Part shown: positions 10,902 to 22,203 of the stretch, one piece after another | How positions within the stretch are numbered: the first letter of the stretch is position 1 | How the letters are laid out: each line of letters starts with the position of its first letter | DNA from: an uncultured Hormoscilla sp. | Lineage (GTDB): Bacteria > Cyanobacteriota > Cyanobacteriia > Cyanobacteriales > Desertifilaceae | Direction: 5' to 3' | Assembly (NCBI GenBank): GCA_963921275.4 | Contig: OZ001293.3 | Location: 736,001 to 800,000 of the forward strand | DNA length: 64,000 nucleotides | Translations under genes and position numbers: made by a program | Notes under the pieces: generated by a model | Seen by the model: the letters and a program-made list of their open reading frames with translations, nothing else | Told to the model about the DNA's origin: nothing | Database searches by the model: none

Positions 10902-12014
10902 CTAAAACCCCATTGCTTGAGCTACTGAGCCGATATCTGGTTCAATTCCCCGCTGCAAGGGATTGTTGCTATGTTTAATGGCGATATCCGGGTCTTTCAA
11001 ACCGTTACCAGTCAGGACGCAAACTACTGTCGCCCCCGCTGGCACTTGCTCTTTGATCTTCAGCAAACCCGCCACAGATGCAGCAGATGCAGGTTCGCAG
11101 AAAATCCCTTCGCCACTGGCTAGCAACCGGTAGGCATCCAGAATTTCTTCGTCTGTGACAGCTGCAAATTGTCCTTGACTCGCTTCTTGGGCCGCGATCG
11201 CCTTTGACCAACTAGCGGGATTGCCGATGCGAATGGCGGTTGCTAATGTTTCTGGATCTGTTATTGGCTTTCCGGCGATAATCGGGGCGGCACCGGCGGC
11301 TTCAAATCCCATCATTCGGGGCAGGCGATCGCATTTTCCATCCTGATGATACTGACAAAATCCCATCCAGTAAGCAGTGATGTTGCCAGCATTGCCCACG
11401 GGGATGCACAACCAGTCGGGGGCATCTCCCAAATCATCTACTACCTCAAATGCACCGGTCTTCTGACCTTCTAAACGATAGGGATTGATTGAGTTTACCA
11501 GGGTGACGGGATAATCCGCCGCCATCTGCCGGACAATTTCCAGGGCTCGGTCAAAATTTCCCTTGATTGCCAGCACCTCCGCGCCGTAAACTAAAGCTTG
11601 AGCCAATTTTCCCAGGGCGATATAGCCATCTGGAACGATCACAAATGCTTTAAGTCCACCCCGCCGGGCATAGGCTGCTGCTGAGGCTGATGTATTGCCG
11701 GTGCTAGCACAAATTACTGCCTGGGCACCTTCTTCCTTGGCCTTGGAAACCGCCATCGTCATCCCCCGATCCTTGAAGCTGCCCGTGGGGTTCAGACCGT
11801 CAAATTTGACATATACTTGTACCTGTCTGCCGATCTGCCCCGTGATCGCCGGAGCCGGAATTAGGGGAGTGTTCCCCTCCAGTAAAGTGACAACTGGGGT
11901 AGTTTCAGTTACCGGCAGATAATTGCGGTAGGTTTCAATGAGACCGCGCCAGATGGGGCGTGTTGGGGTAGCCTTAAGGGAGTGGGAGTTTTCGGCTGAC
12001 AGAGTAAGAGTCAC
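10902..12014 (-). CDS. thrC: Threonine synthase
   Basis: '[12 protein letters not shown]', 'ASTGNTSAS', 'PVGNAGNI', 'LTGNGLKD'; GTG at 12014 is the likely start. Confidence 0.95.
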   Translation of the reverse strand: MTLTLSAENSHSLKATPTRPIWRGLIETYRNYLPVTETTPVVTLLEGNTPLIPAPAITGQIGRQVQVYVKFDGLNPTGSFKDRGMTMAVSKAKEEGAQAVICASTGNTSASAAAYARRGGLKAFVIVPDGYIALGKLAQALVYGAEVLAIKGNFDRALEIVRQMAADYPVTLVNSINPYRLEGQKTGAFEVVDDLGDAPDWLCIPVGNAGNITAYWMGFCQYHQDGKCDRLPRMMGFEAAGAAPIIAGKPITDPETLATAIRIGNPASWSKAIAAQEASQGQFAAVTDEEILDAYRLLASGEGIFCEPASAASVAGLLKIKEQVPAGATVVCVLTGNGLKDPDIAIKHSNNPLQRGIEPDIGSVAQAMGF

Positions 12015-12428
12015 TTTCGCTTGGTGGTTTGATTTCAATCTATTTGGTGCTTCTGTCCAGTTTAACCCGATTTTTCGCGCAGCGTTAGCCTGACCATAAT
12101 TCCGGGAAATCACCGATCTTTTTGGGGATCGCTAGATTACCGACTGTTGCCGACCGGCGTAGCATGGGAGCAATGCGGTGCAGGTACAACGGCAACTAGC
12201 TGCTTGTACCCAAACCCAGACAAAAAAGCAGTTTTTTGGGGAAAACCGGTCTAAGCAGTCTATACTCGGAATTGCTGAATTTTTGCCCGATCGCCCTCAA
12301 AACCCATACTCAGAGCAGATTATAACCTATGTGAAAAGATAATTTGTGCAATTGACACTAGAGCAGTATAATGATCGGGAACGATGGGGCGAGTTACCGG
12401 GCAAGTTACCAGACAAAAAACGAACAAA

Positions 12429-12932
12429 ATGAGTTTGACAGACCAAGTGATCCCAAATCCCAATACAATAGAACAATCATGGGTGTCTGTTCAGTTTCCT
12501 TTGACTACGGTAGGGGCACCGGTTGTTAATGGCGCTGGACGAGTTCTGATTGTTAAAACTACCAAGTGGCGGGGCACCTGGGGCGTACCGGGTGGTAAAG
12601 TAGAATGGGGCGAAACCCTAGAAGCGGCACTAGCCAGAGAATTTAGAGAAGAAGTCGGTCTAGAATTGACCCAGGTGCGCTTCGCATTATTACAAGAGGC
12701 TGTGCGAGACCCGCAATTTGTCCGGGATGCCCATTTCATCATGATCAACTACTATGCCTTCTCCGCGAGTGAAACCATTAGGCCCAACGAATAAATTGTC
12801 GAATGGGCCTGGGTGACTCCCCAACAGGCAATGTCTTATCCTCTCAATAGTTATACCCGCGTGTTGATTGCCGACTATATGGAAAAGATGATTGATAATT
12901 ATGAGGGCCAGGAGGAGAGAAGATCATGTTGA
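12429..12932 (+). pseudogene. Nudix hydrolase (possibly dihydroneopterin triphosphate pyrophosphatase) with a premature stop
   Basis: Nudix box 'GGKVEWGETLEAALAREFREEVG'; TAA at 12792-12794, after which the frame continues 'IVEWAWVTP...'. Confidence 0.75.
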
Positions 12933-13645
12933 AAAAGGCCCTGGTAACAGGATCGGCGGTGGGAATAGGACGGGCGATCGCACTGGATCTTGCAAGTAAA
13001 GGATTTGATGTCGCCTTTCACTATAATAAAAGTGCCGAAGCAGTCAAAAAAGCGAGTCAAGAAGCTGCTACCCACGGAGTAAAATATATTGCCCTGCAAG
13101 CAGATATCACCAAACTTGATCGAGCTAAGTTTCTAGTAGAAACGGCAGCGGAAAAACTCGGAGGCTTATCAGTGGTAGTAAATAACGTGGGTGACTATTT
13201 GGGAAAAAAAATTAGCCAAGTATCCGTAGAGGAATGGCATCAAATGCTTGATTCCAACCTCAATAGCGCTTTCTATGTTAATCAAACCGCAATCCCTTAT
13301 CTAAAGGCAGCAGGTTGGGGACGGATCGTCAACTTTGCTTTCGCTAGTGCCCAAAATATGATAGCAGATGACATGCATCCAGTCTATAGAATTGCCAAAA
13401 CGGGTATTATTGTCTATACTAAGTCCCTGGCATTAGAGTTGATTGAAGACAACATTACCGTAAATGTAGTTTCCCCAGGAGTTGCAGAAAATTCCATTGG
13501 TTTAGAGGGAACGATCCCGTTATTACCAACTAAAAGACCCGCAACCTTAAAAGAAATCAGCAATGCGGTGGGTTTCTTTATCAGCCCTGAAGCAGATTAC
13601 ATCACGGGACAAATTTTGGAAGTTGCGGGGGGGTGGAGGTTATAG
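12926..13645 (+). CDS. SDR oxidoreductase (pteridine reductase/FolM-like by context)
   Basis: TGSAVGIG, NNVG and YRIAK motifs; lies between the Nudix and DHPS-like genes. Confidence 0.8.
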   Translation: MLKKALVTGSAVGIGRAIALDLASKGFDVAFHYNKSAEAVKKASQEAATHGVKYIALQADITKLDRAKFLVETAAEKLGGLSVVVNNVGDYLGKKISQVSVEEWHQMLDSNLNSAFYVNQTAIPYLKAAGWGRIVNFAFASAQNMIADDMHPVYRIAKTGIIVYTKSLALELIEDNITVNVVSPGVAENSIGLEGTIPLLPTKRPATLKEISNAVGFFISPEADYITGQILEVAGGWRL

Positions 13646-13732
13646 TGTGGCCTGGAGTTCCTAAATTATGAGTCAAGTGGCTGGGGAATTGTTGTAAGAC
13701 TGAAAAATTACTATCCTTGATGACAGGAGGTT

Positions 13733-15507
13733 ATGCTGACTCTAGAAAATATCTACGAAATTTATGAAAGACATAAAGATGCCTTCAATGCTAGAGTTGA
13801 AGAGTTTAAACTGGGAGACAAAAGGTTTAACTTTAACGATAGAAAATCAATTTTAGGAATTGTTAATCTTTCCACAGATTCTTGGTATAAAAACAGCGTC
13901 TGTTATAATCCAGAGCAAGCTGTACGTCGTGCAATGGTACAGAAAATTCAAGGTGCAGATATCATAGACATTGGTATAGAATCTACAGTGCAAACAACAG
14001 AGAGAGTCGATGCTTTTAAACAAAACAGTAAAGTTTTGCCAGTTCTGGAAAGATTAAGTCAAGAATGTGTTTTAACTTCAGTGGAAACTTATTATCCTGA
14101 AGTTGTCAGAGAATGTTTAAAGGCTGGGGCAAATGTTATTAATTTGACAGGAGCAGAGAAAAGGGAGAAAATTTACCAAATTGTGTCTGAGTTCGATGCG
14201 GGAATTATTATGTGTTACGTGCAAGGGAAAAACGTGAGGGAGTTGGGAGACCTTAAGGTTGGAGACGATCCAATAGATTTAGTGTACGATTATTTCGCCC
14301 GAGAAGTGGAAACAGCAACTAAATTGGGTGTCCGAAAGATTTTTATCGATCCTGGAATTTGCTTTAGCTACAGCAATCTTTACACAAAAGAGGAATTCTA
14401 TTCGTTGCGTATTTGATATCAGATAACAACTCTTTTAAATAGTTTTGGATGGGGTCGAGCCGGGAATCGCTTCCCGACCCTCCCTTGAGGAACCGGACTT
14501 GCGATTTTCACCGCATCCGGCTACTGGGTACTAGGCCCTTTTCATAGGTAGACTTAATAGGAATTACTTCCGTTAGCCCTTGCCGCCTGTCTTTTCTTCC
14601 CTTTCCTGGTTTAGCGAGTGGTTGTTCTGATAACCGTTAGTATCACCATTTTCAAGTCAGTTTTACCAGTTATCCATACCTTATCCTCCACTTGCGTTTC
14701 GGATTAGTTCCGTGGCTTTTTAGGATTACTCATTCCAGCAGCTTCCTAGTATCACCGACCCACGTCAGCGCTGGCTACCCAGCATCATCTACATTACTGT
14801 AGATGTTATCCCAGGAATTACCCCGGGCATTCGCTTCTTGGGCCATCCCTCCCCCCGTGGCTTGCGCTTAACATCTAACTTGTCCTGATGGACAGCACAC
14901 GAGAGGTTACTTCGTTCCCTAACAACATTTCGCGATACCTTTAGGTCCACACTATACCCCGGGAGCTATTTGAGTACTATATTAGCCAGAGTCTAAAACT
15001 AATACTAGCTACCATTTCCTTTTTAGGCCAGCGCATATAGCCTTATTTCGCTGGTTCCTTATAACGAGGCTTGCACATGTTTGCCTGCTCTAACCTTGGA
15101 TATCTTTCCTAGCGGCGTCACCGGCTTAGGCTGCCAGTTATCCTACATTTGAGTCCTCGCTTAGCACCACGATGATGTCGCTTCGTAGCACCGAGGACCG
15201 GTGTCACCCCCGTACCTGGGGGGAGGGGAATTTAACCCCCATGCGGTCAGAGTTCCCGGCTAATGAAACCGGGCTAGCGTTCCGTGTTTGACCACGTTAG
15301 GCTAGAACGAATCGCACAGACTCAGGAGGTTAGGGTTTCCAATTTGCAACCAAGTCCCCACTGCATCGGAATGTTTTGCAGAAGAGTTCAGAAGTTCTCA
15401 AACTTTTACTGCAGTGCTGGCGATATTGGGAAAAACAGATCTTATGAGAACTCATGAAGTGCCTAAAGTTAAGGCTGTTTTGGATACTCTGAGTTTATTT
15501 GAGTAGC
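13733..15507 (+). pseudogene. folP: Dihydropteroate synthase-like gene with a nonsense codon and an antisense intron insertion
   Basis: 'GIVNLSTDS', 'IDIGIEST', 'FIDPG'; TGA at 14414-14416; removing 14447-15317 rejoins 'LLNSF|RLRRLGFPI...RTHEV...FE*'. Confidence 0.8.
14447..15317 (-). mobile_element. ORF-less group II intron, copy 1 (871 nt)
   Basis: 5' GTGCGATTCG; DV AGCCGGATGCGGTGAAAATCGCAAGTCCGGTTC; DVI ends GACCCCATCC; EBS1 AGACTC (14989-14994) is complementary to IBS1 GAGTCT; excision restores the host frame. Confidence 0.95.
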
Positions 15508-15623
15508 GACATTAGGAGAGTGCGAGGTGACAGCGCGATCGCAGCGCGAAGTGTGGAAGAGGATTTGCGATCGGTCTCCCCCGAGCTCGCTACTTGCACA
15601 AAAGGGGGGACACCGTCGGATGA

Positions 15624-16169
15624 TTAGTTCCGCTGGATAGATAAAGTCACTCCAGAACAATCTACTTTTTCGACCAGTTGACCGATCGTCTCTCGGGAGA
15701 CTGGTTCTATCCAGTCGGGAGCTATTTCCGCCAATGGCACCAAAACAAAAGCTCTCTGGGTCATTCTCGGATGTGGAATTTGCAATTCGGGGGTTTCCAG
15801 GATTAAATCCTCAAATAATAGTAAATCCAAGTCTAGGGTTCGCGGTCCCCAACGCTCTTGACGGACTCGACAAAACTGGTCTTCAATCCCTAGTATAGTC
15901 TTGAGTAATTCTTGGGGATTTAGTTCTACTTCTAGGAGCGCACAACCATTGATATAATCCGGCTGTGATGGACCAATGGGGACAGTTTTGTACCAGCTAG
16001 AGTAGGTTTTGACGGTAATGCCGGGCGTTCGATCGAGGGTTTTCAGGGCCGCTTCTAGGGTGGCCAGGGAGTCCCCCAGGTTACTGCCCAGAGCGATCGC
16101 GCTTTGGGTGAGCTTTGTGGTTGCTGCCTTGTCAGGGTTTAAGACCATCACTTGCGGGAAGTTTGTCAT
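15624..16169 (-). CDS. folK: 6-hydroxymethyl-7,8-dihydropterin pyrophosphokinase, copy 1
   Basis: 'ALGSNLGD', 'WGPRTLDLDLL', 'IPHPRM..RAFVLVPL'. Confidence 0.92.
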   Translation of the reverse strand: MTNFPQVMVLNPDKAATTKLTQSAIALGSNLGDSLATLEAALKTLDRTPGITVKTYSSWYKTVPIGPSQPDYINGCALLEVELNPQELLKTILGIEDQFCRVRQERWGPRTLDLDLLLFEDLILETPELQIPHPRMTQRAFVLVPLAEIAPDWIEPVSRETIGQLVEKVDCSGVTLSIQRN

Positions 16170-16386
16170 ATAACACGTTCACGAGCCGTACCATTGTAAC
16201 CCGTTCGGTAGTTCTTCAGCGGCAAATTCGATGTGAAGAACCCGCCGATGGCTGGGTTGGCCTGCTGGTAGGGAGGAATGGACTAGCAATGGCTTCATCA
16301 CCAGCACTCCGCCAGACTTAACAGTAGTAGTTATAGCATGTTTTTTGAGATTTGCAATTGTTTCCCGTGGGATAATTCCCCGATTA
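16170..16386 (-). pseudogene. Duplicated 3' fragment of the PhyH-like dioxygenase
   Basis: Near-identical to ~21434-21650. Confidence 0.8.
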
Positions 16387-16500
16387 TTTGATGTTGTCTT
16401 TCACTATAATAAAAGTGCAGAAGCAGCCAAACAAGCGAGTCAAGAAGCTGCTAACCACGGAGTCAAATCTATTACCATGCAAGCATATATTACCAAACTT
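16386..16500 (+). pseudogene. Internal fragment of an SDR paralog
   Basis: Aligns with 13003-13117 (FDVAFHYNKSAEA...ADITKL). Confidence 0.8.
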
Positions 16501-16525
16501 ACCTGTCGTTTTGGCCTCCAAATGA

Positions 16526-17626
16526 TTAAGATTCAATAGCTCTCTGGGCCAGTACATCGTAGAACCAATTTTCCATACGATTTCCATAAACTTGCATGGT
16601 ATATTCTGCTTCCGCCTGCTGTCGGCAAGCTAAGCGGTCGAGTTTGTCAAGATTGCGAATTGCTTTTACCAATTCTGCCACGTTGTCGGGCGGAACTAGC
16701 CAACCCGTTTTGCCGTGACGCACGATTTCAGCGGGACCTCCCTTATTGTAGGTAATGACAGGCACGCCGCAAGCCAATGATTGAATAGCAGTCATGCCGA
16801 ATGCTTCAGTCCATCGATGGGTCATCAGATATCCTCGACTGCGCCGCAGCACTGACTGCATTTCGCTGATTGGCAGAAAGCCTAAATATTCTACCGGCGC
16901 TAAGGGATAATTTTGCTGGATACTCTCCCAGTAAGACTTATCCTGAAGCAAACCCATTATTTTCAAGAAAATACCAGTATTTTTTGCAGCCTCAACAGCA
17001 TCTTCCAATCCTTTTTCAGGAGAAATTCGCGCCACCCACACCAGGTAATCCTCTGGTTTGTCACAGTATTGGTACTCTTTTATGTTAATACCATTTCCCA
17101 CAATTCGACATCTGCTAGCAAATGGGAAAGTTTCTGCCTGAGCTTTTGTGTAAACGCCAATAGTACCGGGAAAACGAATGCTGGTTTGTTCGATAATATC
17201 ATTCATCGCTTTTGACAGAGATCCCATACTTACCAGATGAGCAATGGGAACATTCATAAACGCCGATAGATAAAAAGGAAGCCAGTCGTAAGCAAAGTTA
17301 ACTAGCAAATGGTAATTCGTTTGCTCTTCTCCAATCAACTCCCACATTCTGGTGAGTACGGAGTTAGTGGTTATTTGAATCGGGGCATCGCGATTTAATT
17401 CCTGCATGCTAGTTTGTAGCTCTCCGGCAATTTCAATTATGCGACAATCCACTTCTGTTATCGAACTCTGTGGCGCGACTATATCTACCTTATGTCCTCT
17501 GATAATCATCTCTCGGGCAATATTCTGTAATATGAATTCGACCCCACCACCAATGCCTGAACCAATAGCTCCCACAGGTGTAGAAGCAAATAATAAGCGT
17601 AACGGATTAGCTTGAGTAGCTGCCAT
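16526..17626 (-). CDS. GT4 glycosyltransferase resembling cyanobacterial pteridine (tetrahydrobiopterin) glucosyltransferases
   Basis: N-terminus 'LLFASTPVGAIGSGIGGGVE'; 'NFAYDWLPFY', 'RISPEKGLEDA'; pterin gene context. Confidence 0.75.
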   Translation of the reverse strand: MAATQANPLRLLFASTPVGAIGSGIGGGVEFILQNIAREMIIRGHKVDIVAPQSSITEVDCRIIEIAGELQTSMQELNRDAPIQITTNSVLTRMWELIGEEQTNYHLLVNFAYDWLPFYLSAFMNVPIAHLVSMGSLSKAMNDIIEQTSIRFPGTIGVYTKAQAETFPFASRCRIVGNGINIKEYQYCDKPEDYLVWVARISPEKGLEDAVEAAKNTGIFLKIMGLLQDKSYWESIQQNYPLAPVEYLGFLPISEMQSVLRRSRGYLMTHRWTEAFGMTAIQSLACGVPVITYNKGGPAEIVRHGKTGWLVPPDNVAELVKAIRNLDKLDRLACRQQAEAEYTMQVYGNRMENWFYDVLAQRAIES

Positions 17627-17655
17627 TTTTTTGTCCTATACTTGCCATGCATACT

Positions 17656-17788
17656 TATAGCAATAGTCCGGACAGTTTTTAGGTAAACGGCTGAAACCCT
17701 GATTATCCGGGCGATGGTTGGTTAGTGGGGCTATTTCCGAGCCCGAAACCCGCATTCTACCGTTGCCACTGTCCGAAGTATTGTTATA
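17656..17788. mobile_element. MITE with ~21-bp TIRs, TA-flanked
   Basis: TATAGCAATAGTCCGGACAGT ... ACTGTCCGAAGTATTGTTATA. Confidence 0.7.
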
Positions 17789-17806
17789 GATGTTTCGTTC
17801 GATACT

Positions 17807-18570
17807 TCAAAGTTTTCGATAACACCGGGTTGTAATTAAATGCGGGTGAAACACTTCTAAAAAATGCGATTGCAGCGTTTTAAAAAAATATTCCACAATA
17901 GCAGAATCGTCTAATAGAAACGGAAATTGGTTGTCAAAGCCCTTATGAAAATACCAATTAATTAAAAATTTCCCATCGTCACTCAGCAGTTTATAAAACT
18001 CAATTAACTGTGATATTGGATCTCTTAAATGTTCCATGACGTCAAAACACATAATCGTGTCAAATGATTCGTCAATTCCCAATTTTGATGTGACGTGAAT
18101 TTTGTGAGATAACCCTAATTTTTGCGATCGCTCGATGACGAAATCGCAGTTAATGAGATTTACATCTAAATACTGAACTTGCGTAACATCGGGACACAAA
18201 GCTGCTGCGAGCAAGTGTGTTCGGATCCCCCCGCCAAAATCCAAAACGCGACCTTTGGTAAAATCCGCGATCAACTGTAGCATATTGCTGATATAATCGC
18301 AGCTTTCTAAATGCCACGCTGCTAATGACAAAATATAAGCCGTTCCCACTCGATCGCGTAGCGTGCGCGCAGCGCAATCTCGATAAAATTCATTCGCTGC
18401 TTCCCAATCAAAGTTTTCTCTTAATTCGGCGAGAGCTTGATAACCTTCCTGAAGTCGAATCTGAAGGTCTGTCGATCCATATTCAAAAACGCCTGGATGT
18501 GATTTTCCAGATCTAAATGATTGTCCCAGTAAGCCTTTAGAAACTCTGGTTTAGCTGCGGTTAACATAGA
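17807..18570 (-). pseudogene. Class I SAM methyltransferase with a disrupted 5' part
   Basis: 'VLDFGGGI', 'CFDVMEHL'; a GC-rich small repeat (18352-18376) and frame breaks upstream of the called ORF. Confidence 0.7.
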
Positions 18571-18659
18571 AAAAAACTCCTGACTCCTCTAAATTTATCT
18601 TGATGTTGCCCCTGTCAAGGACTCATTGATTACTCATTAGGTTGAGTAGTACCATCTTT

Positions 18660-19367
18660 TTACCTTTCTTTTTGTCCCATATTTGCATGGAGTATTGCAC
18701 CATTGAGCACTGAGTTCGTGGCTGCAAAATAAATGGTTTGTGCAATCTCGGCAGGTTCGATTAAACGATTTTGAGCATTCATACTTTTTATCTGATCGAT
18801 GATCGTTGAATCGTGATTAAGATGATTGCGCAACATTGGGGTATCGGTAAAACCAGGACAAACACAGGTTGTATGAATACCTCGATCCATTAAATCCTGG
18901 CAAGTGGCTCGCATTAGTCCCACGGCTGCGTGTTTGGAGGTGACATAACTAAAGGCACCAGGCACCGCCTTTTCGGAAAGGGTAGAACCCACATAAATGA
19001 TGGCAGAACCATTTGACATTTTTGGCAAAACTATCTGATTCAATATAGTTGGAGCCACTAGATTAATTTCCAGGATATCTCGGAAATTATTGGCTTCAAT
19101 ATTTTCCACATTATCCTTGTCTAACCGGGCAGCATTGTGGACTAAAATCACTGTTTCGGCATTTTCCAGTTGCGGGAGTAACTCTGTTTTCAGGCGGGAC
19201 TCAAAAAAGTTTTGAGTCAAATCTACCTGAATATTGACCACCTCACTCAATGGACATAAATTTCTGGAAAGATTGATCGCTTGAAAACCCTTATCAAGAA
19301 ATAGTTTAGCTGTCGCCAATCCTATGCCGCGACTTCCACCAGTTATCACCAAATATTTTTTGCTCAT
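18660..19367 (-). CDS. SDR oxidoreductase
   Basis: TGGSRGIG, HNAA, YVTSK; overlaps the PTPS stop codon (coupled). Confidence 0.88.
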   Translation of the reverse strand: MSKKYLVITGGSRGIGLATAKLFLDKGFQAINLSRNLCPLSEVVNIQVDLTQNFFESRLKTELLPQLENAETVILVHNAARLDKDNVENIEANNFRDILEINLVAPTILNQIVLPKMSNGSAIIYVGSTLSEKAVPGAFSYVTSKHAAVGLMRATCQDLMDRGIHTTCVCPGFTDTPMLRNHLNHDSTIIDQIKSMNAQNRLIEPAEIAQTIYFAATNSVLNGAILHANMGQKER

Positions 19368-19864
19368 TTTTTACTCCAAAAACTGCTACCTGACTGACCC
19401 GGACCTGAGAAAATTTTAACCTCTATTGCGTGAATTAGATGCTCTGGGTGAGCTTCTACATGGACAATTAATTGTTGTAGAAACCAATGAGAAAGCTCCT
19501 CTACAGTAATATTTAGCACGGGTAGCAATTTTACATCTCTTTTAAGGAATGGGATTTTTTCTTTGTCATGATTGAAGAAAGCATAGATATATTCATCGGC
19601 TTCTTCTATTCTGAGATAATGATTTTTCAATGGTAGTAGTACCACTTCATCAAGAAATTGACAGTTCTCAAAGATAATTTTTTTGTAAATACCATAATCA
19701 AAGGTCATGCCATTTTCCATCACTTCAGCCTCGAACATAGCATAGACGGAAAAACTGTGACCATGGAGGTTTTCTCGTTCCCTCTCGGAAAAAATAGTGA
19801 AATGACCTGCTGCAAATCTCATTCTTTCTTTAAAAATTTCTATTTTAGTTAGTCGTTTTTCCAT
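19364..19864 (-). CDS. 6-pyruvoyl-tetrahydropterin synthase family protein with an ExxHGH (PTPS-III-type) motif
   Basis: 'FAAGHF...RENLHGHSF', 'GMTFDY', 'NITVEELS'. Confidence 0.8.
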   Translation of the reverse strand: MEKRLTKIEIFKERMRFAAGHFTIFSERERENLHGHSFSVYAMFEAEVMENGMTFDYGIYKKIIFENCQFLDEVVLLPLKNHYLRIEEADEYIYAFFNHDKEKIPFLKRDVKLLPVLNITVEELSHWFLQQLIVHVEAHPEHLIHAIEVKIFSGPGQSGSSFWSKK

Positions 19865-19917
19865 AAAATATTAGCAGTTTATTTACTTTCACTTTTATGA
19901 TTTAGCTTGACTCATTA

Positions 19918-20062
19918 GGGTGCATCTCAGCTTTGCAAATGGAGCAATTTAAGATTGTTTCATTGAGCAAGCTAAAATTGCAAAATTTCTCCATTTTCCC
20001 TTCTCAATTCGCAATTAGCCATTTTGCATTTGCAAATACAAATGCAAAAGTGAGATGCTCCC
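19918..20062. mobile_element. MITE with an 8-bp target duplication
   Basis: TIRs GGGTGCATCTCA / TGAGATGCTCCC; ACTCATTA at 19910-19917 and 20063-20070. Confidence 0.85.
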
Positions 20063-20110
20063 ACTCATTAGTCTCACTCTCCCGATTTATTTTTGGCTTT
20101 TCACAACTTC

Positions 20111-20248
20111 GGGCACTGGTTCAGTTTGATTAATAAAACTGCTGAAACCCTTACAGGGCAGGTGTTTAGGCAATTGAGGATCGAAGATATATATCCCTTA
20201 CTGAATGAGGGTTTCAGGCGAGCATTTAATTAGACTGAACCAGTGCCC
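20111..20248. mobile_element. MITE with ~23-bp TIRs truncating the GT2 gene
   Basis: GGGCACTGGTTCAGTTTGATTAA ... TTAATTAGACTGAACCAGTGCCC. Confidence 0.75.
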
Positions 20249-20817
20249 TACACCCAGCTTAATGATTCCAGATTGAACAGCACGTCAGCGGCGAAAGGTA
20301 ATTTCGTTCAACCCGTACCGAGAAATTACTGGCCTCATCCTGGGAAGAAGGGGACGCGGGGTTTGAGGATGTCGGGAGCAGTGGCCAAGGTGACCGCAGT
20401 GCGATCGGGGAAAGGGCGCTTGTACAGAACTAGGTCCGTGTTATATACGCCGGTGTTGTCGATCTCCGCACCATACTCCATTGCCAGGGGAACCAGTTCA
20501 GCTAGCCGGTTGGGTTCGTAAGCATCGTCAGCATCAAAGTTGGCGATCGCCTGCCCTGTAGAAATCTCAATGGCAGCGTTACGGGCGACAGCCTCTCCAT
20601 TCCCAGAGCTACCGGTGAAGGTTTGTTTCAAGCGGCGATCGCTAATACCTTGGTCTGAGAGCAAAGATAAGTAATCTACAGTATCATCCGAGGCGATCGC
20701 CGCCTCCCAGTTGCTATAGGTTTGGGCCAGGAGGCTTTGCACCGCTAGCGCAATCGTGCTTTCGGCTCGGTATGCTGGAATAATAATGCTGACTAGGGGC
20801 TGGCTATTCTTAGACAT
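20249..20817 (-). pseudogene. GT2-family glycosyltransferase, 3' disrupted
   Basis: 'VSIIIPAY', 'ARNAAI', 'FDADD'; stops after ~160 codons and a MITE at the 3' end. Confidence 0.75.
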
Positions 20818-20821
20818 ATTA

Positions 20822-21433
20822 CTATACATACAATTCCCACAAAGCTTGGTTCTCTACCTTAAGAATATCTTTATAATTCAATTTCTGCTTCTTGTCCTCA
20901 ACATCCAACCTCCTCACTCCCGAACAGTCTGCCTTTTCGACCAGTTGGGCGATCGCCTCTCCGGAGACTGGTTCTCTCCAGTCAAAAGCAATTTCCGCCA
21001 ATGGCACTAAAACAAAAGCTCTCTCATTCATCCGGGGGTGAGGGATTTCCAGTTTCGGCGTAGAGAGAATCAAATCGGCAAATAACAGTATATCTAAATC
21101 GATAGTTCGCGGTCCCCAACGTTCTCGACAGACTCTGCCAAACTTGCGTTCAATGTCTAGCAATGTCTCTAACAATTCGGACGGACTTAGCTGTACCTCT
21201 AAGATAGCACAGCCATTGAGATAATCTGGTTGTGGCGGTCCTATGGGTGCCGTATTGTACCAGCTAGAGTAGGCTTTTACGGTAATGCCGGGCGTTCGAT
21301 CGAGGGTTTTAAGGGCCGCTTCTAGGGTGGCCCAAGAGTCCCCTAGGTTGCTGCCCAGAGCGATCGCGCTTTGGGTGAGCTTTGTGGTTGCTGCCTTGTC
21401 AGTTAATACCATCACTTGCGGTAAGTTTTTCAT
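20822..21433 (-). CDS. folK: FolK copy 2
   Basis: Same HPPK motifs as copy 1. Confidence 0.92.
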   Translation of the reverse strand: MKNLPQVMVLTDKAATTKLTQSAIALGSNLGDSWATLEAALKTLDRTPGITVKAYSSWYNTAPIGPPQPDYLNGCAILEVQLSPSELLETLLDIERKFGRVCRERWGPRTIDLDILLFADLILSTPKLEIPHPRMNERAFVLVPLAEIAFDWREPVSGEAIAQLVEKADCSGVRRLDVEDKKQKLNYKDILKVENQALWELYV

Positions 21434-22125
21434 CTAATCTGTTCGCGAGCCATACCATTGTAACCCGTTCGGTAGTTCTTCAGCAGCAAATTCGATGTGA
21501 AGAACCCGCCGATGGCTGGGTTGGCCTGCTGGTAGGGAGGAATGGACTAGCAATGGCTTCATCACCAGCACTCCGCCAGACTTAACAGTAGTAGTTATAG
21601 CATGTTTTTTGAGATTTGCAATTGTTTCCCGTGGGAGAATTCCCCGATTATGGGAACCTGGTATTAGACGTAGGGCACCGTTGTCAGCATCTGCATTATC
21701 TAGATGAATGCGTAGGGTTAGCATTTTCTCTAATATACTCACGGGAGGCTGGACGCGATCTACCCTCTCTTTAATCGACCAGGGACCGAAACCTTCCGTG
21801 TCGATGCGTTGGCCCACGGCAATGGTAAGAGCCTGATGCCAGGATACTCCCCAGTTTGCTTCTGGGTTTTTGTCAAAGAAAATGCCCCGCACGGGAAAAG
21901 CCCGATCGGTTATACGAGGGCGCGGATGGCTGTTTCCTCACATAGCTGACGCACTGCCCGAATGATTTCCAGGAGGCGACGCATGCCATAGTGCTTAGCG
22001 GCTCTGTGTTCTCGGGCCGATCGCACTTCAGATATTAGATCGGCTACCTGATGCTTGTCAAGCACTCCCGGAACCAGGCTAAACCCATGCTGCTCTACAG
22101 TCTGACAGTAGGAAGTGCTCTCCAT
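21434..22125 (-). pseudogene. Phytanoyl-CoA dioxygenase (PhyH) family 2OG/Fe oxygenase, split
   Basis: 'VEQHGFSLVPGVL' (5' piece), then 'WHQ', 'RIHLD', 'NGALRLIPGSH', 'HSS', 'RRVLHIEF'; break near 21910. Confidence 0.75.
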
Positions 22126-22203
22126 CTTATCACTTATCAATTTGATATGGTATATCTTAGCCTGGAGACATCTTGCTGGGCGATGGCCGATCGGGAGAGC
22201 CCC

